A stretch of DNA of 64,000 nucleotides from an uncultured Planctomycetota bacterium (GTDB lineage Bacteria > Planctomycetota > Planctomycetia > Gemmatales > Gemmataceae), in assembly GCA_963849325.1 (NCBI GenBank), contig CAWKHF010000012.1, positions 384,001 to 448,000 of the forward strand, read 5' to 3'. Position numbers and translations under genes: made by a program. Of the stretch, positions 20,596 through 31,292 are shown piece after piece (position 1 is the stretch's first letter; each line of letters opens with the position of its first letter). A model generated the notes under the pieces. It did not search any database. It saw nothing but the letters and a program-made list of their open reading frames with translations, and was not told the DNA's origin.

Positions 20596-22901
20596 ATGTC
20601 TTCCAACTCCTCTGATTCCAACGCCTCGCGTGCGGGCGGTTTGCTGGCTCGCTTGAAAGGCCTGGTCCAGACGATGAAACCCAACGACGAATCGTCTCGT
20701 CAGACGAAGTGCTGCCGACCTGGGACGTGACGCCGCCTCCCGCCCGCCGTGGACGAGGCCGCCAAAGCGGTGCCCGTCGCCCAACCCGTCCCCGCCGCCG
20801 AGGCGGACGCCGACGTGCCTGTCGCCCAGCCCGTGGAAGACGCACCGCCGGCACAGGCGGACAAGCCCGCGGGACCGGCAGCAATCGCCGAGTCTTCCGT
20901 GGAGGCGATCCCTTCGCCGCTGATCGAAGAGCCGCCCGCTCCGGGTCCGATCGTCTGTCCCGTCTGCTCCGCCCCGCGCCGGGGCGACGACTCGTCGTGC
21001 GCCGATTGCGGCTATTACTACTCGGCGGCCGACCTCGCCGGCGGTTCGGCCGCCGACCATCGGCGGCCGCCTGCCGCCGCCGGCGATTCCCACCATGCGT
21101 TTGAAAAACCGCTTCGAGGTCCGCGAGCTGATCAGCGAGCGTCCCGGCGTGACACGCTATCGCGGCCTGGATCACGGCGACGGCTCCGGCCAGCCAGTCC
21201 CGGTTGTCATCATCCGCCAGGAGCTGCCCCGCACGGCCGAGCCGCTCGTCGCCGAAGCGCCGCCCGCCGCCGAGACGGACTCGGCCGCGGAGTCCGATGA
21301 CGAAGTTCTGCCCGTGCTTCGACGACGTCTTCCCCGCCGCCGCGCCCGTCACCGAGATCCTCGGCGCTCAACCGCTCTGGCCGAGCCTCGCCTGGGAGCA
21401 GACCCTGCTCTCGCACGCTCGAACACCCCGGCCTGCCCGCCGTGGTCGACCGCTTCACCGAGGACGGTTTCGAGTATCTCGTCGAGGAGGTCCCGACCGG
21501 CCGTTCGCTCTGGGACGCCTGGGACGATCCCGACGTCCGACTCGGCGACGCGCTTCGGCTACCTTGCCGAGGTCGCCGAGATCCTGCACCGCGCTCCACC
21601 AGTGCAACGCCATCCTCGAAGGGCTGCGCCCCGAACATCGTCGTCATCGCCCCGGACGGCCGCGCTCGCCTGACCGACCTGGCCGATCTGCTGCCGCTGC
21701 CGCTGCCGCGCGGATCTGCCCCTGCGGCGCACGCTCTACACCGCGCCCGAAGCTGCTGACCGGCAAGGCCGACGCCCGCGCCGACCTGTACAGCTTCGGC
21801 GCCATGCTCTACGCTCTGCACGTCGGCCGCGAACTGAACGAGATCGACTTCGACCGCTCCGGCACGCCCAAGCCGTTCATCCCGCGCTTCCCCGACATCC
21901 ACCCGGCGTTCGGCCGGCTGATGACCAAGACGTTCCGCAAGGAGGTCGACGGCCGCTTCCCCACCGACGAGGCGGCGCGCGAGGACGCCACCGGCTTCAT
22001 CGAGCTGATCCGCACGCTGCAACGTGCTGCGGCCGCACCTTCGACAACGTGCGCCTGGAGATCGCCGCCTGGACGACGACCGGCATGGTCCGCACCGGCA
22101 ACGAGGACGCCTTCGCGCTGTTGCACGCCTGCGAGTCGCGCCAGGACGACACTGGGCGAGGCCGCCCTGGTGCTGCTGTGCGACGGCATGGGCGGCTACG
22201 AGGCCGGCGAGGTGGCCGCCGCGCTGGCCATCCAGGTCATGCGGCAATACCTGGTGCAGCAAAAGCCGTTCGCGCCGCTGGCCGGGCGTCGCTCTTTCCC
22301 TGGCGACTCGCTCAGTACGCAACCGAAGCCGGAGAACCAGGGCCACGCCGCTCCGCCGATCGACGTCGAGGCGATGAAGCAGACGCTCAAGGCCGCCCTC
22401 AAGGAGGCGAACAAGCAGGTCTTCACCGCCTCGCGCGCGCCCGGCTCGAAGCGCCGCGGCATGGGCTGCACCGCCGAGGCCGTCTACGTCGATGGCCGCA
22501 ACGTCGTCGTCGGCCACGTCGGCGACAGCCGCACCTACCACCTGCACGAGGGCCGGCTGGTCCAGCTGACGCGCGACCAGACGCTGGTCAATCGCCTGGT
22601 CGAGCTGGGCACGCTGACGCCGGAGGAGGCGGAGACGCACCCGCGCCGCAACGAACTGCAGCAGGCCGTCGGCGGCCAGCCCGACGTCGAACCCGGCGTC
22701 TATGCCGGCGTCCTGAAGGCCGGCGACTGGGTCGTGGTCTGCTCCGACGGCCTGACGAACCACGTCAGCAACGCCGATCTGCAACAGATGCTCCAGGGCG
22801 AGGGCTACTCCGCCGAGACCGTGGCGCGGCGGCTGGTGAACCTGGCCAACATCCAGGGCGCCACCGACAACGCCACGGTCGTCGTCATCCGGGCGACGTA
22901 A
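20596..22901 (+). CDS. Zn-ribbon + degenerate kinase domain + PP2C/PPM phosphatase fusion (frameshifted)
   Basis: PP2C motifs GMVRTGNED, LCDGMGG, GMGCT, HVGDSR, CSDGL, DNAT; kinase C-lobe YTAPE, ADLYSFG. Confidence 0.85.
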
Positions 22902-22909
22902 TGTTCCAA

Positions 22910-22961
22910 GTTTAGCCGCGACGCGCAGCGGAGCGCGCTGCGCTGCGCGTCGCGGCTAAAC
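22910..22961. repeat. REP-like palindrome, family A
   Basis: Inverted repeat after the last gene of the cluster. Confidence 0.9.
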
Positions 22962-22992
22962 AAAGGAACGCGCTGGCGAACAACATTTCCTC

Positions 22993-23020
22993 TTGTCATC
23001 TCGTCCGCCGTTGATACGAT
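22993..23020 (+). promoter_or_regulatory. Putative sigma70 promoter for rpsO-pnp
   Basis: TTGTCA-16 nt-TACGAT with TGn extension. Confidence 0.5.
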
Positions 23021-23095
23021 TCCTGGAGTTGTAGAGGGAACAAGCACTGTCCAAGTAGGCAGGAGTAGCACCAGGCGGAGGTGACAAGGATCGAG

Positions 23096-23366
23096 ATGGC
23101 GATCACGAAGGACCGCAAGACGCAAATCATTGATCAGTTCCGGCGCGAAGCCGACCGACACCGGTTCGCCGGAAGTGCAGATCGCGTTGCTCACGGCGCG
23201 CATCAACGAGCTGCACGAGCACATGCGCACGCACAAGAAGGACCACGCCAGCCGGCGCGGCCTGCTGAAGATGGTCAGCAAGCGGTCCGGCTTGTTGACC
23301 TACCTGCGCAACAAGGATCGCAGCCGCTATCTGGCCGTCATCGGTCGGCTGGGCCTGCGCAAGTGA
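23096..23366 (+). CDS. rpsO: 30S ribosomal protein S15 (one frameshift near 23150)
   Basis: [20 protein letters not shown]...[15 protein letters not shown]; upstream of pnp. Confidence 0.95.
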
Positions 23367-23489
23367 AGGCGCGGCCGACCGGCGTTCTTCCGGATGATCC
23401 GGGAGCGGACTCAAATCGATTGTTGAAACCGCAAGCACGGTGACGTACTCCGGCCGGGGGCGTGCGTTCGGCGCCGCCCCAAAGGAGGA

Positions 23490-25721
23490 ATGTCCGTGCA
23501 GTCATTTCGTGTTGAACGTCCGTTCGGCGCCCAACCGCTCATTCTGGAAACCGGCAAACTCGCCAAGCAGGCCCACGGCGCCGTCATGGTCCGCTACGGC
23601 GACACCGTGACCCTGGTCGCCGCCGTCGAGGGCGAGGTCCGACCGAGGGCCGCGATTTCTTCCCCCTCATCGTCGATTACCGCGAGAAGACCTACGCCGC
23701 CGGCAAGTTCCCCGGCGGCTTCATCAAGCGCGAAGGCCGGCCCACCACCAAGGAAATCCTCACCTCCCGCCTGATCGACCGCCCCATCCGCCCGCTGTTC
23801 CCCGCCGGCTACATCAACGAAGTGCAGATCATGGCCAGCACGCTGTCGGCCGACCGGGAGAACGATCCCGACGTGCTGTCGCATGATCGGCGCCAGCGCC
23901 GCCCTGCACGTCTCGCACATCCCGTTCCTGCAGCCGACCGGCACCGTCCGCGTCGGCCGCATCGGCGGCGAGTTGGTCCTCATGCCGACGCACTCGCAGC
24001 TGGAGGAGAGCGACCTCGACCTGGTCGTGGCCGGCACGCGCACGCCATCACCATGATCGAGGGCTTCGCGCGCGAGATGCCCGAGGACGAGATGCTCGAG
24101 GCCATCCTGTTCGGCCACAAGCACATCGTCACCGTCGTCGACATGATCGAGGAGCTGCGTCAGAAGGCCGGCCTGGGGACCAAGGAACTGCCGGCGGCCG
24201 GCGACGGTCAACCCGCTCATCGAGGAGTTCCGCAAGCAGCTTCGGCGCCGAGTTCCGCGAGCGCAAGCAGACGGCCGGCAAGGCCGACCGCGCCGACGCC
24301 ATCAAGGAGTTGCGCGAGCGCATCTTCGCCGAATATCTGCCCGAGGACGGCGAAGCCGAAGTACACGCCGGAGCAGGTGTCGGCCGCTTTCGACGCCCTG
24401 GAAGAGCGCGTCGTCCGCGACCTGATCCTGGAGGGCAAGCGCATCGACGGCCGCGACACCAAGCAGATCCGGCCGATCAACTGCGAGGTCGGCCTGCTGC
24501 CGCGGACGCACGGCTCGGCCGTCTTCCAGCGCGGCGAGACGCAGGCGCTGGTGACGACCGACGCTGGGCACCTCCAGCGACGAGCAGCGCGTCGACGGCC
24601 TGATGGACGAGTACAGCAAGAAGTTCATGCTCGACTACAACTTCCCGCCGTTCAGCGTCGGCGAGTGCCGGCCCATCCGCGGCCCCGGCCGCCGCGAGAT
24701 CGGCCACGGCGCCCTGGCCGAGCGCAGCCTCAAGGCCGTCATCCCCGGCGCCGGACAAGTTCCCCTACACCATCCGCGTCGTCTCCGACATCCTCGAGTC
24801 GAACGGCTCGTCGAGCATGGCGTCGGTCTGCGGCGGCACCCTGTCGCTGATGGACGCCGGCGTGCCGCATCACCGACCCGGTGGCCGGCATCTCCATCGG
24901 CCTGGTCAAGGAGGCCGGACCGCTTCACCCTGCTGACCGACATCATGGGCGACGAGGACCACTTCGGCGACATGGACTTCAAGGTCGCCGGCACCGGCCG
25001 CGGCATCACCGGCATCCAGCTCGACCTCAAGATCGACGGCATCGACGAGGAGATCATCAAGGCGACGCTGGACCAGGCCCGCGAGGCCCGCCGCGAGATC
25101 CTCAAGACCATGCTGTCCACGCCTGCGCCAGCCGCGGCCGCAGATCAGCAAGTACGCCCCGCGTCTGCTGACGGTCAAGATCAACCCGGAGAAGATCGGC
25201 CTGCTGATCGGGCCGGGCGGCAAGACGATCAAGGGCATTCAGGAGGCGACCGGCGCCAAGATCGACATCGAGGACGACGGCACGGTGTACATCTCGCACA
25301 GCGAGGCCGCCGGCGCCGAGGCCGCCAAGCTCAAGGTCGAGGCGCTGACCGAGGAGGTGCGCGTCGGCAAGGTCTACGAGGGCAAGGTCACGTCGATCAA
25401 GGACTTCGGCGCCTTCATCGAGATCCTGCCCGGCCGCGACGGCCTGTGCCACATCAGCGAGCTGGACGACAAGTACGTCGGCAAGGTCGAGGACGTGTGC
25501 AAGGTCGGCGACCAGATGCAGGTGAAGGTGATCGCCATCGACGACCACGACCGCGTCAAGCTGTCGCGCAAGGTGCTGCTGCGCGAGCAGAACAAACCGG
25601 CGGGCGGCGAAACGCCTCCGCCTCCGCCGCGGCGGTCGGGCGAGTCGCGTCCGCCTCGGCCGGAGTCGGCCCGCCGCGCCGCAGCGGCGAGCGCGAGCGC
25701 GGCCCGCGCGATGAGGAGTGA
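23490..25721 (+). CDS. pnp: Polyribonucleotide nucleotidyltransferase (multiple frameshifts)
   Basis: [56 protein letters not shown] and S1 domains. Confidence 0.95.
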
Positions 25722-25731
25722 GATCGTTCCA

Positions 25732-25796
25732 GGCGAGTGGGGTCGCGTCAGCGCCGCGAGGACTGCCCTCGGGGCGCTGACGCGACCCCGCTCGCC
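25732..25796. repeat. REP-like palindrome (GGCGAGTGGGGTCGCGTCAGCGCC...)
   Basis: Imperfect inverted repeat, related to the element at 45739. Confidence 0.8.
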
Positions 25797-25813
25797 GTGT
25801 GTTCCGCGAACAG

Positions 25814-26513
25814 ATGACGCCAACTGTGCTCAACCCGGACTATGTCGAGCTGGCCGAGCTGGCCGGCGGCTTCATCCACGAAATCAAGAACCACCTGAGC
25901 ACGCTCGGCCTCAACCTGCAACTGCTGGCCGAGGATTTCCAGGAGCCGCAATCGCAGCGCGAGCGCCGCGCCCTGGAGCGCGTCCAGCGCTTGCAGAACG
26001 AGTGCCAGCGACTGGTGGACGTCTCCAACGACTTCCTCCGCTTCGCCCGCGTCAAGGATCTGGAGCTGACGCCGGCCGACCTCGGCGAAGTCGTCGAGGA
26101 AATGGTCGACTTCTTCGGCCCGACGGCGCGGGCGGCCAACATCGACATCAAGAGTTACCTCCCCGCCGACCTGCCGCCGGTCGCCCTCGACCGCGACCTG
26201 TTCAAGCAGGCGCTGCTCAACCTGCTGCTCAACGCCCAGCAGGCGATGCCGGACGGCGGCGAGATCACCCTGCAGGCCGGCGCGCGAGCCGGCGGGCGTG
26301 GTTCTTGAGCCTGATCGACACCGGCAAGGGCATGTCGCCGGAGGTGCTGGCCAAGGTGTTTCGGCCGTTCTTACTCGACGCGCAGCGGCGGCACCGGCCT
26401 GGGCCTGCCGACGACGCGCAAGATCATCGAGGCCCACGGCGGCACCATCGACGTGCAGAGCGAGGTCGGCCGCGGCACCAAGTTCACCATCCGCCTGCCC
26501 GCAACGTCGTTAG
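25814..26513 (+). CDS. Histidine kinase, HisKA + HATPase only (frameshifted)
   Basis: H-box [10 protein letters not shown]-box [33 protein letters not shown]. Confidence 0.88.
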
Positions 26514-26529
26514 GAACGATTTCCCCAAT

Positions 26530-26581
26530 AGCCCGGAGCGCAAGCGACGGGTGAAAAATCCCGTCGCTTGCGCTCCGGGCT
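26530..26581. repeat. REP-like palindrome, family B
   Basis: Inverted repeat. Confidence 0.9.
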
Positions 26582-26670
26582 TGTATTTTGGAAACAGCTG
26601 AAATCTCTCTTGCAATAAACTATCTCCCTCGCTATATCCTCGCGCCTCAAACTCTATCGGGGAGAGAGGC

Positions 26671-27801
26671 ATGCGAACCGAATGCGACGCCGTGGTCGTC
26701 GGCGGCGGCTTCTTCGGCTGCATGACCGCGCTGGAATTGCGGCGGCGCTGCCGGCACGTCGTCCTGCTCGAACAGGGCAACGACCTGCTGTTGCGGGCGT
26801 CGTACCACAACCAGGCCCGCGTCCATCACGGCTATCACTACCCGCGTAGTCTGCGCACTGCCCTGCGTTCGCGGATCAACTTCCCGCGCTTCGTCGCACA
26901 GTTCGACTTCTGCATCGAGCGAAGTTTCGACAAGTATTACGGCGTGGCTCGCCAGTTCTCGAAGGTGACCGCTCGGCAGTTCCGCAATTTCTTCGCGCAC
27001 GTCCAGGCGCCGATCGAGCGAGCGTCTGCCGCCGTCCGCCGCCTGTTCAACAGCGATCTCGTCGAGGACGTTTACCGCGTCACCGAATACGCCTTCAACG
27101 CCGTCCGCCTGCGCGAATGGCTGCGCCAACGGCTGATCGAATCGGAGGTCGAGGTCCGCTTGGGCACGGACGCCGAGCGCGTCCGGCCTTATGCGGGCGG
27201 CCGGTTGCTGCTGACAACGGAGACGCCGCAGGGACGTGTCGAGCTGGTGGCGGGCGAAGTGTTCAACTGCGCCTACGCGCAGATCAATCGCCTGTTGGAC
27301 GGCTCGGGGTTGCCGTTGGTCCCGCTCAAACAGGAGCTGACGGAGATGGCCCTGGTGCGCGTGCCGGAGCCGCTGACGCGCATGGGGATCACACTCATGT
27401 GTGGGCCGTTCTTCTCGGTGATGCCGTTTCCGCCGCGCGGTCTGCACTCGCTGAGCCACGTCCGCTACACCCCGCATACCACCTGGGCGGAGGGGACCGG
27501 GGTCTATCGACCGGCCTACGCCGCGATGGAGGATCGGCTGCGGCGGTCGCACTACGCCTGGATGATACGGGACGCGGCGCGGTTCGTGCCGCTGCTGGGC
27601 GAGTGTGGTTACGAGGGTTCCTTGTGGGAGATCAAGACCATCTTGCCGCGCAGCGAGGTAGACGACAGCCGGCCTATCCTGTTCCAGCGCGACCACGGCC
27701 TGGCGAACCTACATTGTGTGCTGGGGGCCAAAATCGACAACATTTTCGACCTGCTGGACGAACTGAACAGCACGCCGCGGCCAGAAAGGCGGTCGGCATG
27801 A
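26671..27801 (+). CDS. FAD-dependent oxidoreductase (DAO-like)
   Basis: VVGGGFFG FAD motif; ASYHNQARVHHGYHYPRS; GAKID. Confidence 0.88.
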   Translation: MRTECDAVVVGGGFFGCMTALELRRRCRHVVLLEQGNDLLLRASYHNQARVHHGYHYPRSLRTALRSRINFPRFVAQFDFCIERSFDKYYGVARQFSKVTARQFRNFFAHVQAPIERASAAVRRLFNSDLVEDVYRVTEYAFNAVRLREWLRQRLIESEVEVRLGTDAERVRPYAGGRLLLTTETPQGRVELVAGEVFNCAYAQINRLLDGSGLPLVPLKQELTEMALVRVPEPLTRMGITLMCGPFFSVMPFPPRGLHSLSHVRYTPHTTWAEGTGVYRPAYAAMEDRLRRSHYAWMIRDAARFVPLLGECGYEGSLWEIKTILPRSEVDDSRPILFQRDHGLANLHCVLGAKIDNIFDLLDELNSTPRPERRSA

Positions 27802-28820
27802 TGAACCCGGACGCGATCGTCTCGGTGGTCGCCTACCTGCATAACGACGCCGACCTGCTCCGCGATTTCGTGGTCCGCGCCGTGGCGGCGCTGGAGGCCA
27901 GCTGCGACCATTTCGAGTTGATCCTGCTGGACGATCACTCGACGGATCGGACGCCGCTCGCCGTGGGTGGATTGCTGGAACGCTATCCGGGCCTGCGTTC
28001 CATCCGCCTGGCGCGTCGTTCGGGCGAGGAAGTAGCGGCCACGGCGGGACTGGACGCCGCCATCGGCGATTACGTCGTCGTCCTGCGGGCGCGCTTCGAT
28101 CCGCCGGAGGCGATCGCGGACATGATCGCGCTGGTGGTGCGCGAGGGCGGCACCGTGCTGGGCGTGACCGCCACGCCGGCGGAGCAAGGCTGGCTCTTTC
28201 GCTCCTGTCGCCGCTTGTTTTACCGCACGGTCGGCCTGCTCCTGCGGGCGCGCGTGCCGGCCGATTCCACGGGATTCTGCGTGCTGGCCCGCGCCGTGGT
28301 CAACACCATCTCGCGCACGCGCTCCAAGAGCCGTCATCTGCGACTGCTGGCGTGTACGCTCGGCTACCCGGTGAGCCTGTATCGCTACGAGCTGGCCCGC
28401 CCGGCGCCGGAGCAGCGCCGCCGTCCGCTGCTGGGTGCGTTCCAGGACGCCCTGCGCATCCTCGTTTCCAGCTCGCAGACCCCGCTGCGGCTGGTCAGCG
28501 CGCTCGGCATCCTCGCCGGCTCGCTCAACCTCTGTTACGTCCTCTACGTCCTGGCCATCTACTTCTTCAAGAAGGAGGTGGCGCCCGGCTGGGTGACGCT
28601 GTCGCTGCAACTGGCGGCCATGTTCTTCTTCGTGTTCCTCATCCTCGTTTCGTTGTCGGAATACGTCGTGCAAATCCTGGCGGAGTCGCAGGACAATCCG
28701 CTCTACCACGTCGAGAGCGACCGCACCAGCGCCGTCACGGCCGGCTCGGGGCGGCGCAACGTCCTGAGCGATTCGACCGTCCCGGCCGAAACCCGGGGGA
28801 GGAACGATGAAGCCGCTTGA
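27798..28820 (+). CDS. GT2 glycosyltransferase, GtrB-like with two C-terminal TM helices
   Basis: ELILLDDHSTD, AGLDAAIGDYVV, S..PLR, PGWVTL; ATGA overlap with the previous gene. Confidence 0.85.
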   Translation: MMNPDAIVSVVAYLHNDADLLRDFVVRAVAALEASCDHFELILLDDHSTDRTPLAVGGLLERYPGLRSIRLARRSGEEVAATAGLDAAIGDYVVVLRARFDPPEAIADMIALVVREGGTVLGVTATPAEQGWLFRSCRRLFYRTVGLLLRARVPADSTGFCVLARAVVNTISRTRSKSRHLRLLACTLGYPVSLYRYELARPAPEQRRRPLLGAFQDALRILVSSSQTPLRLVSALGILAGSLNLCYVLYVLAIYFFKKEVAPGWVTLSLQLAAMFFFVFLILVSLSEYVVQILAESQDNPLYHVESDRTSAVTAGSGRRNVLSDSTVPAETRGRNDEAA

Positions 28821-29643
28821 GGGGATCTTCCGCGCTCGCGGCTGGGACGTGCCGGACTTCACGCTCCTCGAATGGGGAGAGCGGCGTTCGTCCTATGCCC
28901 TATGCGTGTTCGTGCTCAACGAGGGCGAGCGCATCCGTGCCCAGCTCGAACGCATGCAGCCTCTGGCGCGATGCGTCGATGTGGTCGTCGCCGACGGAGG
29001 CAGTACCGACGGCGCGGTCGCGCCGGACGTCCTCAGCCGGCACGGTGTGCGCGCGCTGCTGACCAAGCGCGGACCCGGCCGGCTCAGCGCTCAGATGCGC
29101 ATGGCCCTGGCGTACGCGCTGGAGCGCGGCTACGAAGGCGTCGTCGTCATGGACGGCAACAACAAGGACGATCCGTCGGCGGTGCCGGCCTTTTTGCAAC
29201 TGTTGACGGTCGGCTACGATCACATTCAAGGTTCGCGTTACGTTCCCGGCGGACGAGCCGTCAATACGCCGTGGTCCCGACATCTCGCGGTCAAGTATCT
29301 GCATGCTCCTCTTCTCAGCCTCGCCGCGGGTTTCCGCTATACCGATACGACCAACGGTTTCCGCGCTTATAGCCGCCGCTTGCTGCTGGACGAACGGGTG
29401 GCGCCGTTCCGCGACGTCTTCGCCGGCTATGAGCTGCATTATTACCTGGCCATCCGGGCGGCCCGGCTGGGGTTCCACGTCTGCGAGACGCCGGTGACGC
29501 GAGCCTATCCGCCGGGAGAGACGCCGACGAAAATTCGCGGACTGCGCGGCAATCTCCGGATCCTGCGAACATTGTGGAAGGCGTGCTGTCACCAGTACGA
29601 CCCGCCCCAGACAGCGCCGCGCTCTTCACCGCTTGCGGCTTAG
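28807..29643 (+). CDS. GT2 glycosyltransferase, polyprenol-phosphate sugar synthase-like
   Basis: LNEG, ADGGSTDG, MDGNNKD, QGSRY, TDTTNGFRAY. Confidence 0.88.
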   Translation: MKPLEGIFRARGWDVPDFTLLEWGERRSSYALCVFVLNEGERIRAQLERMQPLARCVDVVVADGGSTDGAVAPDVLSRHGVRALLTKRGPGRLSAQMRMALAYALERGYEGVVVMDGNNKDDPSAVPAFLQLLTVGYDHIQGSRYVPGGRAVNTPWSRHLAVKYLHAPLLSLAAGFRYTDTTNGFRAYSRRLLLDERVAPFRDVFAGYELHYYLAIRAARLGFHVCETPVTRAYPPGETPTKIRGLRGNLRILRTLWKACCHQYDPPQTAPRSSPLAA

Positions 29644-29669
29644 CGATTTCGATCGGGAAAGGAATGTCG

Positions 29670-30439
29670 ATGAGGACAGCGTTGATCGGTCATACCGGCT
29701 TCGTGGGCAGCAACCTGCTCGCGGAGCATCCTTTCGACGAGCTGTATCGCTCCACCAACATCGAGACCATCGCCGGCGAGCGTTTCGATCTCGTTGTCTG
29801 CGCCGCGCGCCGGCCGTCAAATGGAAGGCGAATCAGGATCCGGCCGCCGACCGCGCCTGCCTCGGTCGCTTGATGTCCGCCCTGGAGAGCATGACGGCGG
29901 AGCGCTTCGTCCTCATTTCGACGGTGGACGTGTATGGGCAAGTCAACGGTGTGGACGAGAGCCATCCTCCGATGGGCGCGATGCCTTACGGCGTGCATCG
30001 GTTGGAGCTGGAGCAGTTCATCGCCGCATGCTTCAACGCCCTGATCGTGCGTCTGCCGGCGATGTTTGGGCCGGGGCTGAAAAAGAATGCTGTTTACGAC
30101 CTGCTGAACAACAACCAGATCGAGAAGATCGACAGTCGATCGATGTTTCAATTCTACGACGTGCGCCGCCTGGGACATGACATTCTTATCGCATCCGATA
30201 AGGGGTTATCCTTGATTCACCTGGCGACGGAGCCGGTGTCGATGGCCGAGGTGGCGCGATCGGCCTTCGGTTTCGACTGGCACAATCACCTGCCGGCGAC
30301 GCCGCCGGCCTACGATTTGCGCACCCGTCATGCGGCGCTGTACGGCGGCTCGGACGGTTACATCTGCCGCAAGGAGCGCGTGCTGGCGGAACTGGCAGAG
30401 TTCGTGCAGGGGCAGGAAGGGAAGAAGCGATGCGCCTAG
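29670..30439 (+). CDS. NAD-dependent epimerase/dehydratase family protein (frameshift near 29810)
   Basis: ALIGHTGFVGSNL; ISTVDVY; YGVHR; RLPAMFG. Confidence 0.85.
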
Positions 30440-31257
30440 CGATCTCGAACATCGCCTGGCCGGCCGGCGCGGACACCGCCGTGGCGCCGCTGCTGCGCGA
30501 GCACGGTGTCGAAGGCGTGGAGCTGGCCCTGACGAAAGTGTGGCCCGAACCGCTCGCCGTGTCGGCCGCCGAGGTCCGCGCGTACCGCGATGGCTGGGAG
30601 AAACAGGGACTGCACGTTGTCGCCTTGCAGGCACTTTTGTTCGGCAAGCCGCGCCTGACCCTGTTCGGCAGCGAGGAAGTTCGTCGGCAGATGCGAGACT
30701 ACCTCACGGGGATGATCGAGCGCGCCGGGCAACTCGGCGCCGGCGTCCTGGTGTTCGGTTCGCCGAAGAACCGGCAGATCCAGGGGCGGAGCCGTGCCGA
30801 GGCGTGGGCCATCGCCGTGCCGTTCTTCCGCGAGCTGGGCGCCGTGGCGCGACGGCATGGCGTGTGTTTCTGCATCGAGCCGAATCCGCCGGTCTACGGC
30901 TGCGATTTCGTGACCACGGTTGCCGAGGCCGTCGAGTTGGTGGACGCCGTCGCGGACGGCGGCTTCGGCCTGCACCTGGATACGGCGGCGATGTACCTTG
31001 CCGGCGACCCGCCCCGGGCGAGCATCACGGCAGCAGGCCCGCGCTGTCGCCATTTCCACGCCAGTGAGCCGTTCTTGAAAGAAGTCGGCGGCGGGACAAT
31101 CCTCCATGAGCCGTTTGCCCGCGCCGTACATTCGATCGATTATCGGGGATGGGTCTCGATCGAGATGGGCGAGACCGAGGAGTGGTCCGGGGCGATCGCA
31201 CGGGCGCTCTCCTTCGTGCGTGCCGCCTACGGCCCGGCGCCTGTCGCGTCCGCATGA
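30430..31257 (+). CDS. Sugar phosphate isomerase/epimerase (xylose isomerase-like TIM barrel)
   Basis: LAISNIAW, LVFGSPKNR, IEPN, HLD, HFHASE, SIEM. Confidence 0.88.
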   Translation: MRLAISNIAWPAGADTAVAPLLREHGVEGVELALTKVWPEPLAVSAAEVRAYRDGWEKQGLHVVALQALLFGKPRLTLFGSEEVRRQMRDYLTGMIERAGQLGAGVLVFGSPKNRQIQGRSRAEAWAIAVPFFRELGAVARRHGVCFCIEPNPPVYGCDFVTTVAEAVELVDAVADGGFGLHLDTAAMYLAGDPPRASITAAGPRCRHFHASEPFLKEVGGGTILHEPFARAVHSIDYRGWVSIEMGETEEWSGAIARALSFVRAAYGPAPVASA

Positions 31258-31292
31258 CACGCGGCCTGACCGTATCCCTGCGGGAGAGAGAT

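Noticed and set aside
23021-23095. S15 autoregulatory leader RNA
   Set aside because: Only a short CCTGG/CCAGG pairing is visible; insufficient support without covariance analysis.
9532-26513. Mass pseudogenisation or programmed frameshifting
   Set aside because: Ribosomal protein and pnp genes are equally affected, catalytic motifs are intact, and no recurrent slippery motif is seen; sequencing or assembly indels are far more likely.
25285-26601. PNPase S1 domain fused to a long C-terminal extension or the histidine kinase
   Set aside because: Read-through caused by an indel; pnp plausibly stops at 25721, followed by a palindrome and a separate ATG at 25814.
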